Source: an uncultured Chlamydiales bacterium
GTDB taxonomy: Bacteria > Chlamydiota > Chlamydiia > Chlamydiales > Rhabdochlamydiaceae
NCBI GenBank assembly: GCA_963700985.1
Contig: OY969554.1
Coordinates: 64,001-128,000, forward strand
Direction of reading: 5' to 3'
DNA: 64,000 nt
The notes beneath the pieces are model-generated. The model did no database searches and had not been told where the DNA came from. It saw only the letters and a list, made by a program, of their open reading frames with translations. The position numbers and the translations under genes were made by a program. Positions within the stretch are counted from its first letter, which is position 1. Each line of letters opens with the position of its first letter. This document shows positions 49,415 through 58,526 of this stretch, one piece after another.

Positions 49415-50332
49415 CTAAGGGATCCAGCTGCCATCCCAATAATGGATGGCAAAAGATTCATCTTGCGCCCAGGTGTGTTTGATCGCTCCTCCATAGGTGC
49501 CGTTGCGCTCGCACGCTGGCAATGGATAAAAATAGGTGGAGGGCAATGCGACATTTTTATGCGCAGTATCGTCGAGGAAGCTGAAGAAGATGCGCGTGAT
49601 GAGCAAGGGTCCTGTGCGCAGCTGAATCAGATCGCAATCGTCTCGTGGGCCATCGCCAGAAATAGAGTTGATGCACGCCCTGATCATTGGATGACCGGCT
49701 GAGCAGGCGATCAAGGCATTAGACATGCGCGGAGATTGAAAGCGTCGTTCGATGCTTTCCAAACCGATGTAGAAATCGCAGAGTTTATGCAAGGCATCGA
49801 AGGCTCGTAGGCATTCGAAATCTGTATCGACATATAACCCACCAAACTGATTGAGAATTTCATAGCGTAGGATATCAGCTTTTTCACCCCAGTTGACGGC
49901 GCTGTCAAATAGCGCTTGATTTTGCATTTTAAAATTTTTGATGCTCTCATCTGTCCAGAGGCGGTATTCCCAATCAGGGTGGTATAGCTTCCAGCTCGTT
50001 TGGATCGCTTTGTATTTCTCGGGTAGGGGGCTGCCTAGCCAGATCTGGTGGATGATTTTAGGGATGCGGTATGACTCAGATGGAGCTGCTTTTAGAATAT
50101 GTTGCTGGTAGAGTTCTTTAATTTTTTTCCAGCGCGCATCTTTGCGCAATTTTTTGCTGAGAATTTTAGGAATGTGTGAAGGATCGCGTTTAGCCATGCT
50201 CGCTTCGAAAGGAATAAAGCGTTCTTGAGCAAGCCAAGCACTTTTTTTAGAGCTCTGCGAAAAAAAGAAAAAGGAAAATAAGCCGCTGATGCAAAAGAGC
50301 AAAAGCGCAATAGTCAGCGGCTTTCTAATCAT
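49415..50332 (-). CDS. Glycosyltransferase family 32 (DXD sugar-binding)
   Basis: IPKIIHQIW, ADILRYEIL..FGGLYVDTD, TGP. Confidence 0.92.
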   Translation of the reverse strand: MIRKPLTIALLLFCISGLFSFFFFSQSSKKSAWLAQERFIPFEASMAKRDPSHIPKILSKKLRKDARWKKIKELYQQHILKAAPSESYRIPKIIHQIWLGSPLPEKYKAIQTSWKLYHPDWEYRLWTDESIKNFKMQNQALFDSAVNWGEKADILRYEILNQFGGLYVDTDFECLRAFDALHKLCDFYIGLESIERRFQSPRMSNALIACSAGHPMIRACINSISGDGPRDDCDLIQLRTGPLLITRIFFSFLDDTAHKNVALPSTYFYPLPACERNGTYGGAIKHTWAQDESFAIHYWDGSWIP

Positions 50333-50335
50333 GAA

Positions 50336-51133
50336 TTAGTTTTTTTTATCGCTTGAAATAAGACCGCGAATTTCTGCTTGCAAAAGAGCAAAAGCCAGAA
50401 AAGGATCGCGCAGTGCAACGTTCTCGCGTACGCCTTCTTTGTTTACATAGACGAGATAGCCGAGCTGAAAGCCCTTTTTGATCTCATCAAGAGAAAAGGC
50501 TTCAATTCCAGCAATTGCTTCAGAATCCTCAGGAGTCGGCTCTTCTTGTTTGAATACGCGTGCCATAAAAATTGGCGCAATTGTGTTGGTTAGACCAGAG
50601 TCGACGGCTACTTCACCTAACTTAAAAAGTTGATCGATGAGCATGCCAGTTTCTTCTCTAACTTCGCGCTTTGCAGCATCCTCGATATTTTCATTTGGAT
50701 TGGTAGCGCCACGTGGGAGCTCATATTCCCAAGAGCGGGTGGCGTGACGAAAGTTGCGGTTAAGGGCGATTTTGCCATTGGCAAGGATGGGCATTACGGC
50801 CACGCCGGCTGGTCCATTTAATGAACTCTGCCACACAATTCGGCCATAAACGCCTTCTGCACCGCAGGGAAATCTCACTGCATCATTGATCCAGATCCAG
50901 TATTTGTCTTGGGCTACGATGCCCACTTTGCGGCCTGTGCTTTTTTCAAGCGCTTGCATTTTGATTGGATCGAGAAGGATCTCGATGTCACCCTCAGAGG
51001 ATTTACCCATGGGGCCAAGCGTTTTAGGATATTTTTGTAAAAGATTGAGATAGCTTTGTGTGGCTGTTTGACTCTCACTTGCTAGGCAGATGCTTGCTGA
51101 ACCGATCAAAATTGAAATTAAAAGTGCGCGCAT
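50336..51133 (-). CDS. NUDIX hydrolase
   Basis: ELPRG.....E....AAKREVREETG. Confidence 0.9.
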   Translation of the reverse strand: MRALLISILIGSASICLASESQTATQSYLNLLQKYPKTLGPMGKSSEGDIEILLDPIKMQALEKSTGRKVGIVAQDKYWIWINDAVRFPCGAEGVYGRIVWQSSLNGPAGVAVMPILANGKIALNRNFRHATRSWEYELPRGATNPNENIEDAAKREVREETGMLIDQLFKLGEVAVDSGLTNTIAPIFMARVFKQEEPTPEDSEAIAGIEAFSLDEIKKGFQLGYLVYVNKEGVRENVALRDPFLAFALLQAEIRGLISSDKKN

Positions 51134-51213
51134 GACTACTCCTGTGATAAATTCGCAACAGATTAACGAAATTCATAATATTTTGTCTAAAAGAGTTGGG
51201 AGATGTAGATTTT

Positions 51214-52440
51214 ATGTCGATTTCCAGTAAAAAACTGCCGCTTTTCTTGGTTCTGCTAGTCGCTTTTATCGACTGGGTAGGGCTTGGTCTTGTCTATCCA
51301 ATGTTTTCGGCGATGCTTTTTCAAGGAGAATGTACTTCTTTATTGCCAAATGCTTCAGCCGCTTTCCGTGGATTTATATTGGGCATTCTCCTAGCAGGAA
51401 TGCCCATTGGGCAGTTTTTCAGCGCCCCAATTTTAGGCGCACTTTCCGATCACAAAGGGCGCAAAAAACTGATTATCTATAGCTTGCTAATCGGTGTGAT
51501 CGGATATTTAGTAGCGTTAATCGGCGTTGTCTATAGCATGATCTGGGTGATCATGCTGTCTCGCTTGATCGTCGGTTTTTCAGCAGGAAATGCTGCAGTG
51601 GTAAGTGCCGCGATTGCCGATTTGAGCACAGCCAAAGACAAGGTTAAGAATTTCGGCCTTTTTAGCATGGCATGCGGCGTGGGATTTACGATTGGACCTT
51701 TTCTAGGTGGGCAGCTCTCGGAGATCATCTTTCTAGGCTGCAATGGCTTTGCGGTGCCTTTTTTATTCGCGGCCCTGGCTACGCTTATAAATATGTTGCT
51801 TGTGCGTTTTTTCTTCAAAGAGACGCTGGCACAGAAGCGTGAAGGTAAGGTGAACTTTACCGTGGGGTTTAGTCAGCTCAAAAAAGCGCTGCACACTAAA
51901 GGCTTACGCCCCCTATTTTTGGCCGTCTTTGTGTTTATTTTTGGCTGGTCATTTTATTACGAATTTATGCCTGTGACATGGATTGCAAACTATGGCATCG
52001 GAACCGCATTGATTGGCATGCTTTATGCTTGGGGATCTGGCTTTTATGCCTTGAGTAGTGGCCTGCTTATCCGTCCTTTTGTTAGTCGTTTCAAGCCTCA
52101 AAAAGTTTTCTTTTTCGCGCTAGTGGGTGGGGGAGTAAGCATTTTGCTTGTTCTATTAAATTTAGGTGTAAATTGGCTCTGGTTTTTTCTTCCTCTGCAG
52201 AATTTTCTACTAGCTTTTCTCTTTCCTACTTCGACATCCATGGTTTCCAATTTGTGCGATGATCATGTTCAAGGTGAGATGCTGGGCGTGCTGCAGTCGG
52301 TGCAATCTTTTGCATTTGTGGTCTGTCCGCTGGTTGCGGGCGTGCTCGTTGGCAAATATACATTCTTGCCAAGTTTAGTGGGTGGCCTATCACTTCTTCT
52401 GGCAGCACTCTTTATGTGGCCTAAGCGGGTAGCTCCATGA
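51214..52440 (+). CDS. MFS transporter (TetA/DHA1-like)
   Basis: GALSDHKGRK, GFTIGPFLGG; paralog of 7576. Confidence 0.92.
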   Translation: MSISSKKLPLFLVLLVAFIDWVGLGLVYPMFSAMLFQGECTSLLPNASAAFRGFILGILLAGMPIGQFFSAPILGALSDHKGRKKLIIYSLLIGVIGYLVALIGVVYSMIWVIMLSRLIVGFSAGNAAVVSAAIADLSTAKDKVKNFGLFSMACGVGFTIGPFLGGQLSEIIFLGCNGFAVPFLFAALATLINMLLVRFFFKETLAQKREGKVNFTVGFSQLKKALHTKGLRPLFLAVFVFIFGWSFYYEFMPVTWIANYGIGTALIGMLYAWGSGFYALSSGLLIRPFVSRFKPQKVFFFALVGGGVSILLVLLNLGVNWLWFFLPLQNFLLAFLFPTSTSMVSNLCDDHVQGEMLGVLQSVQSFAFVVCPLVAGVLVGKYTFLPSLVGGLSLLLAALFMWPKRVAP

Positions 52441-52997
52441 TCGAAAATGAAAATTTCAAAAAAGAGAATTGGAGTGGCTCGCTGCGCACACACCAACATT
52501 TTACACAGGTTGTCTTCGAAAGCTGCGATCTTTCAAATTGTAATTTCAGCCACACACACTTTTCTCAATGTAAATTTATAGGCTGCAATCTAAGTTTAAC
52601 AAAATTTGCTGGCTGTCGCTTGCAAGGGGTTGAATTTAGTGGGTGTAAGCTTGTCGGTGTCGATTTCAGTCGATGCGATGCTCTCTTTCTAGCAATTGGA
52701 TTTGATACGTGTGTGCTGGATATGGCCAATTTTTCGGAACTTAAATTGAAAAACACAACTTTTTCCGGCAGTACGATTCGCGAAGCGCATTTCAGTAATG
52801 CGAACCTTGCCTACGCAGATTTTCGTAAAGCAGATCTAAAAGGCACGCTCTTTCACCACTGCGATTTGCAAAGCACTAACTTTCAAAGCGCAATTAACTA
52901 TTCGATCGATCCCTTAACCAACAAGCTCAAAGGCGCAAAATTCTCGATGCCTGAAGCGAGTGCGCTTCTTTTGCATCTGGGGATAATCCTCGATTAG
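52437..52997 (+). CDS. Pentapeptide repeat protein
   Basis: F..C.LS repeats; N-terminus overlaps MFS stop (ATGA). Confidence 0.9.
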   Translation: MIENENFKKENWSGSLRTHQHFTQVVFESCDLSNCNFSHTHFSQCKFIGCNLSLTKFAGCRLQGVEFSGCKLVGVDFSRCDALFLAIGFDTCVLDMANFSELKLKNTTFSGSTIREAHFSNANLAYADFRKADLKGTLFHHCDLQSTNFQSAINYSIDPLTNKLKGAKFSMPEASALLLHLGIILD

Positions 52998-53078
52998 CCG
53001 ATGGGAGAGTAACAGATCTCACCTCGCGTAATTTCTGACGAGTTGCTAGACTCCAAATTTTAATGAATGGAGGGCAAG

Positions 53079-53624
53079 ATGCGTTTTCTGCGACATTTAT
53101 GGGTTCCGTTAGTTTTGATCTTTTGTGTGAGTGCTCAAGCGCAAGACGAAGATGAGACACCGCCTTGTGAAAGCATCATGTCCTATATCCTCGATAACCT
53201 ACCTGAATCGGGAATCCTCTGTCAGGATAGCGCTGGTTTCGTATACGTAAATTTAGATGATGATTACATCCACACATTGAGCGAGTTCATTTCAGAAGAA
53301 GGCTATGAACTTCCTCCCTATTTTGGTAGGGATGAGCTGCATGGTGCACATATCAGCGTTATCTATTCCAAAGAAGCGAAGGAGTATGGCGTAGGAAAAA
53401 TCAAGGAGGTTGGCGAAACAATTTATTTCAAGCCGCTTGGCTGTAGGATAGTCGCTCCAAAAAACTGGAAAGATGTGGATGAGGTATATGTGATAGCCGT
53501 TCAGGCGCCTGTGTTAAATCGGCTGCGTAAAAAATATGGCTTGCCTAAAGCTGGGCAAGATTTTCACATCACGATCGGCGTGAAGTATCGCCAAGAAGAG
53601 ACTACTTCTCAGAAGCCGTCTTAA
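53079..53624 (+). CDS. Exported 2H-phosphoesterase-like protein
   Basis: Two HxS/HxT motifs (AHISV, FHITI); signal peptide. Confidence 0.6.
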   Translation: MRFLRHLWVPLVLIFCVSAQAQDEDETPPCESIMSYILDNLPESGILCQDSAGFVYVNLDDDYIHTLSEFISEEGYELPPYFGRDELHGAHISVIYSKEAKEYGVGKIKEVGETIYFKPLGCRIVAPKNWKDVDEVYVIAVQAPVLNRLRKKYGLPKAGQDFHITIGVKYRQEETTSQKPS

Positions 53625-55359
53625 GATAAGCCTGCATCTTAGCTAGAGGCAGGGTGTTAACCACATCTTGCCTTCTCAGCCAACCTTTACGTGCACAATT
53701 GATTCCGGCGCGTACATATTCGAGCTCTTTGATGCTATGAGCATCCGGATTGATGCAGCACTTGAGTCCTTTTTCTGATGCTTTGTGCCAAAGGCGCCAA
53801 TCCATATCCAGACGCATCGGACTGGCATTAAGTTCGATAATCTTCTGATTGGCAATGCAGGCATCGATCACTTTAGTTGTATTAAGTGCGTAAGGCTCTC
53901 TGCGTAAAAGCAGACGACCTGTCAAGTGGCCTACAATAGTTGTGTAGGGGCTTTCAATCGCTTTGATGAGGCGAGCAGTCATCGTTTTTTCATCCATTTG
54001 AAATGAGCGATGGATTGAGATGATTACGAAATCTAGCTCTTTGAGCACGCGATCTGGGAAATCTAGTTTGCCGTCTGTCAGGATGTCACACTCAAGCCCC
54101 GCAAAGACATAAGTGGAGAACTTCTTAGATTTATTTAGTTTTCGGATACGCTTGATCTGGTCAAAGAGCCTCGCTTCATCCATGCCATTTGCTTGATAGC
54201 TCGATTTAGAATGATCAGAAATGCCGATATATTCCCAATTGAGGTCATGGGCGGCTTTAACCATCTCTTCGAGGGTATTATGCCCATCAGAATCAGTGGT
54301 ATGGCAGTGAAAGGCGCCGCGGATGTCCTTCTCTTCAATTAGTGCGGGCAGCTTGCTTTTTTCGGCAGCCTCGATCTCTCCTCGATCTTCGCGCAGCTCC
54401 GGAGGGATATACTCTAGCCCGAGTACGTTATAGATCTCTTCTTCGCTAGTTAGGGGTTTCTTTGGGAGTTTAAGTGTAGTGGCTTTTTTACGTGCGCCAG
54501 TTAAGGGCTCGAAGCCATACTCACTTAAGCTTAAGCCGCGTGCATTGGCAAGATTGCGGATGTGAATGTTATGTTCTTTAGATCCTGTAAAATAGAGCAA
54601 GGCATAGGCGAACTCCGATTCTGGCACAACTCTTAAGTCAGCCTGGTTGCCTTGCCTCAGGCTAACTGAGGTTTTGGTCGGACCCGTGGAGATAATGGAT
54701 TTCGCCCAAGATTGTTTTGTAAACCAGCGCATGACTTCTGTAGGTTTAGATGAGGCGACTAAAAAATCCAGATCGCCCACGGTCTCGAGTTTTCTTCGCA
54801 AACTGCCCGCGATCTCCACTCTTTTTACCTCTTTGAGATTTGAGAGTTCTTTTAAAATCGGCGCCGCTAGCTGCATGGCATCCCACCACAAAAGCCTTTT
54901 TCCATAGCTTTTTAGTTTAGATATGCCTGCAAGAATTTTTTGCTGTGTCTTTTCACCAAAGCCTTTGAGTTTTGCAACCTTCCCTTCTTTGCATACAGCG
55001 ACTAGGTCTTCTATGGTTTTGATTTTAAATTTCTCATAGAGAATTTTAACTTTTTTCACTCCTAATCCTGGAATTTGCAAGAGATTTAGAAGTGCCGGAG
55101 GGAACGATTTTTTTAATTTTTCGTAGTAGGGGAGCTTGCCTTTCTGCACTAATAGCGCGATCTTTTCAGCAATATGTGCACCAATGCCCGGAAGCTCTTC
55201 AAGGCGCTCTTCTTTGACGAGCGTTTCGATATCTTCTTCAATCGCCTCGATGGCGCGTGCGGCATTGTGATAGGCGCGCACTTTAAAAGGATTTTCACCC
55301 TGCAGAGAAAGCAGAATGCCGATCTCCTCGAGGATCTCCGCTACTTCATGTTTATTCAT
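53602..55359 (-). CDS. polX: DNA polymerase X family/PHP domain protein
   Basis: ENPFKVRAY, AGSLRR..ETVGDLD, YFTGSKEHN, HCHT, DHS, NPDAH. Confidence 0.95.
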   Translation of the reverse strand: MNKHEVAEILEEIGILLSLQGENPFKVRAYHNAARAIEAIEEDIETLVKEERLEELPGIGAHIAEKIALLVQKGKLPYYEKLKKSFPPALLNLLQIPGLGVKKVKILYEKFKIKTIEDLVAVCKEGKVAKLKGFGEKTQQKILAGISKLKSYGKRLLWWDAMQLAAPILKELSNLKEVKRVEIAGSLRRKLETVGDLDFLVASSKPTEVMRWFTKQSWAKSIISTGPTKTSVSLRQGNQADLRVVPESEFAYALLYFTGSKEHNIHIRNLANARGLSLSEYGFEPLTGARKKATTLKLPKKPLTSEEEIYNVLGLEYIPPELREDRGEIEAAEKSKLPALIEEKDIRGAFHCHTTDSDGHNTLEEMVKAAHDLNWEYIGISDHSKSSYQANGMDEARLFDQIKRIRKLNKSKKFSTYVFAGLECDILTDGKLDFPDRVLKELDFVIISIHRSFQMDEKTMTARLIKAIESPYTTIVGHLTGRLLLRREPYALNTTKVIDACIANQKIIELNASPMRLDMDWRLWHKASEKGLKCCINPDAHSIKELEYVRAGINCARKGWLRRQDVVNTLPLAKMQAYLKTASEK

Positions 55360-56043
55360 CTACAAGATCACGCATTGACAGCCAGTTTGAACAGGAGGCG
55401 TTATGTTCATTGAATAGATACGGTATAGGTACCCGAACCTCAACCTCTCTTCTGTGTACTGCATGCCGATCTTTTTGACAATTTTTTCTGCAACGGTATT
55501 GCTCGGGGCTACACAAGCAAAAATTCTGCTGAGAGGCTTTCCCTCAAGAAGGTAACCCGCTCGAAGCGTAGCTTGAGCATAATCTGTTACGAGCATCATG
55601 CACACGTTTGATCCCACGCCCATTCCCCAAAAATCTTTTGCTACGATGCAGTTAAGCTCTGCTTCTCCGGGACGCTCGGAGTGCATTAAGGCGGCGTGGC
55701 AGACAAAATCACCATCCCTTGTGCGGCCAGTTAGGCCGCTGAAAGGGTCTTTATCAAGTAACCAGCGTTTTTGCCAAGTTGCAGCAATCATCCTTTTGAT
55801 GTCGCTTCCGCGCCTAGGTAATCAATCTCCTAGCATCCCCATGCAAGTCGCATTGGCAAGTAGGGCTTTGTAAAATTTGTAAAACTCCGGGGTAGACTCA
55901 GTGGAGGTTAAGGTTAAACTCAAGGTAGATACTTTGATGAATGCCGAAAGCTCATCTTGGCTATTAACGTGGAAAGTGATGTCCGAATGTTGTCCATCAT
56001 AGGTAAAGGAGGACTTGGGTTTAATTGAAGTAACAGCGGACAA
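55360..56043 (-). pseudogene. GNAT (RimJ/RimL-like) with CaaX tail, interrupted by in-frame TGA at 55822-55824
   Basis: ORFs 55822..56043 and 55360..55791 share a frame: ...MLGD*LPRRGSDIKRMIAA...; FWGMGVG, N..AEKIVKKIGM; ends CQCVIL. Confidence 0.7.
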
Positions 56044-56099
56044 ATTAACCTCGCAGCTTGGCGAAGTATATTAAGCTTTTCAAATTCATTTTTCCACGT

Positions 56100-57005
56100 C
56101 TAAAAGATCTGTGTTTCTAGCTTGCCAAGGATGTTGTGATAGACAAAATTCATGCGGACATCGAGCGGACTCAATCTGTTTTTGACATCTTGCCAATTGG
56201 TGCCACAATTTGGGAAGGCTCTGGTGTAGGCTTCGACATTGATGTCGTCTGGTCCATAATAGGGGTGGAACATGGAGAATACGGCAGCGCCTCTTCCAAT
56301 CGAGACCATAATGGCAGCGTTTTCCCACTTCTCACACTCATGTTCCCTTTTTTGGTTGCGTAAAAGTTCTGAGTGATTATAGCGAGCCAGCACCGCTACT
56401 TTTTGCTTTGAAGTGGGATCGGGCAAGAAGCTACCCCCTCCGCCCAGAAAGACAGTACATTCCGTTTTGTTGTCATGCACGCGAATCGCATCTGAATAGA
56501 ATCCAATTTTATACTCCTTGCCAGGGTAAGGGCAGAGTGGGCCTTCGGCAATCCCTTCAAACAAAGGGAGTTTACTTGTTTTTATGAGAGTTTGGCGTTT
56601 TGTAGGCTGCTCTTCGCACAAATCCTTATAAATTCTTTTCGAGGCGGCCCAATAGGACGCACCACAGGTAAAATAACCGCGGCCTCCTTGGCCAAAAAAA
56701 TCATAATTGATGAAATCGGATTCTTCGCTTGAAAAAACTTGATCCAGTTTGCTGCTCTCACCGGCAGGAACAACAAACAGCGTTTTCATCGGATCTACTT
56801 TTCTCATAGTGTCGATTAACTGCTCACCAAACACTGCCTCGACCTTCCAGGGTTGTTTTCCATCAGCTAATCTATGGGCGTTTAACTGTTCAAACATCCG
56901 AATTCGTTTCTCGATACCATGGCGATAGGGTCCAAACAGAGGATTAGTGACATGTCCTGCATAGACTTTTACGTGGCTGATCTGTCTAACAAGCGTGCTG
57001 ACCAT
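56100..57005 (-). CDS. BPL-N (biotin-protein ligase N-terminal-like, GATase fold) protein
   Basis: VPAG, GYFTCGASYWA, GGGGSF, GRGAAVFSMFHP; downstream of bioY. Confidence 0.75.
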   Translation of the reverse strand: MVSTLVRQISHVKVYAGHVTNPLFGPYRHGIEKRIRMFEQLNAHRLADGKQPWKVEAVFGEQLIDTMRKVDPMKTLFVVPAGESSKLDQVFSSEESDFINYDFFGQGGRGYFTCGASYWAASKRIYKDLCEEQPTKRQTLIKTSKLPLFEGIAEGPLCPYPGKEYKIGFYSDAIRVHDNKTECTVFLGGGGSFLPDPTSKQKVAVLARYNHSELLRNQKREHECEKWENAAIMVSIGRGAAVFSMFHPYYGPDDINVEAYTRAFPNCGTNWQDVKNRLSPLDVRMNFVYHNILGKLETQIF

Positions 57006-57537
57006 TTTTCCACCTTTTCCACTGATCAACTAGCGCGAAAGCGACTAGGTTTTTCAAAAGATCTGAGGGGATAAATAGAACTACGCCTTGCATCCATGCA
57101 ACCCAGATTCCAAAGAAGGGAATGAGCCAGATAAACCCAAGCGTAAATATAACTGCTTGGCCCACGAGAATGGCTAAAATGGGATGTATTTTCTGCCTAA
57201 GCTTGGCGATGAGATAGGCCGCAATTGGAAAAGCGATTAAATAACCGCCGCACTTGCCAGCTATCCAAAGTGAATTGGAATCCCCGCACAGCACCGGCAA
57301 ACCGATAGTTGCGCATAAAAGATAGCAGAGCGCAGATCCAAAGGCTTGCTTTGGGCTCTGCATAAGCCCAAGCATTATAATTGCCCAGCTTTGCAGGGTG
57401 AAGGGCACCGGATAAAAAGGAATCCTAACGAGCGCGCTTAAAGTGATAAAGGCGCAGCCAATTAAGATCAGGCATGCATATGACACTTGCGTAGCATATA
57501 GTTTTCTTAGAGTGCTTATTCTTTCCATTTTTTTCAT
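56986..57537 (-). CDS. bioY: Biotin transporter BioY
   Basis: PVPFTLQ, YL..A.IGLPV, GGYLIAF, FIPSDLLK. Confidence 0.93.
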   Translation of the reverse strand: MKKMERISTLRKLYATQVSYACLILIGCAFITLSALVRIPFYPVPFTLQSWAIIMLGLMQSPKQAFGSALCYLLCATIGLPVLCGDSNSLWIAGKCGGYLIAFPIAAYLIAKLRQKIHPILAILVGQAVIFTLGFIWLIPFFGIWVAWMQGVVLFIPSDLLKNLVAFALVDQWKRWKNGQHAC

Positions 57538-57619
57538 AATTCAGCCTTCCTTCTTCATTCTTTTCCCCGAGAGGCTAACGGATTTTTTCTATTCTAAATA
57601 GTCCTTGAACAGGCTTGTT

Positions 57620-57638
57620 TAAACTATAAAGTAGTTTA
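57620..57638. promoter_or_regulatory. Palindromic candidate operator between bioY and the wHTH gene
   Basis: TAAACTA-TAAAG-TAGTTTA. Confidence 0.4.
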
Positions 57639-57737
57639 TACAGTTTAAGATCTGGTTTAAAAACTTAAGGGTTTTGTAGAATAGACATCTAACCTCAGAA
57701 GAGGTGTACCTACACATAGAGGAGTTGCAAATTTTTT

Positions 57738-58526
57738 ATGCTGTCAGTCGTGTGCGGAAGTAAAAACATCCAAAGGATTTTGATTTTCCTCTTTGTGAAT
57801 GGTAGATGCTACGGCGCTCAACTGCACCGATTGCTTAATACCTCGCTGACTCCAATTCAAAAGGCGCTGATCAAGCTAGAAAAGGGCGGTGTCATCATGA
57901 GCTATCTTGAAGGCAAAACGCGCCTTTATCGATTCAATCCCGCTTTTCCTCTCTTAGAGGAGCTCGAAGCACTCTTAAAAAAGGCATTTACGCTACTTCC
58001 TCCACAAGATAAGAAACAGTACAGCTTAGTTGCACAAGAAGGCCGAAGCTCTGGACTTAGTCAAAAAGAGCATCTAGATGTTTTACACACTTTTTGGGAG
58101 ATGCTCAGTAATGTAAACAAACTCAGCTTCAATGCTAAGTCCAAAGAAGAGAGTGGTTGGAACGGAAGGGGGAAAGGCGAAGTTTTAGTGACGAAAGAAG
58201 GCTCCAATGTGCTGCTCTTTCATGAAAAAGGTAGCTGGCACAATAAAAGCCAGCAAGAGATCGACTTTAGCAACACTTTCCGTTGGACACTTGATCGCCA
58301 GGGTGGAATGATCTCTTTGGAACACTTAAGAATGGGTGCTAGCCGGCCTGTCTTTCTCTTTCATCTCGCACCCATTGGACATAGCTCGCTCTCTTCGATC
58401 GACTCGCACCTCTGCGGCGGCGATGTCTATTTTGGGCAGATCTTTCTCGATCTGCGCTGTCTACGCCTCAGCTGGCGTGTAATCGGCCCAAAAAAGAATG
58501 AAGAGATCGACTATTTCTATGCATAG
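57738..58526 (+). CDS. Winged-HTH fused to DUF6314-like beta domain
   Basis: YGAQL...L...LTPIQKAL.KLEKGG...GKTRLYRFNP; F.EKG.W, HLCGGDVY, WRVIGPKK. Confidence 0.7.
   Translation: MLSVVCGSKNIQRILIFLFVNGRCYGAQLHRLLNTSLTPIQKALIKLEKGGVIMSYLEGKTRLYRFNPAFPLLEELEALLKKAFTLLPPQDKKQYSLVAQEGRSSGLSQKEHLDVLHTFWEMLSNVNKLSFNAKSKEESGWNGRGKGEVLVTKEGSNVLLFHEKGSWHNKSQQEIDFSNTFRWTLDRQGGMISLEHLRMGASRPVFLFHLAPIGHSSLSSIDSHLCGGDVYFGQIFLDLRCLRLSWRVIGPKKNEEIDYFYA

Noticed and set aside
52437-52997. Qnr quinolone-resistance gene
   Set aside because: Generic pentapeptide repeats; Qnr-specific loops cannot be verified by eye.
55822-55824. Selenocysteine or genetic-code reassignment of TGA
   Set aside because: TGA ends many genes here, and no SECIS-like hairpin or redox motif is evident.
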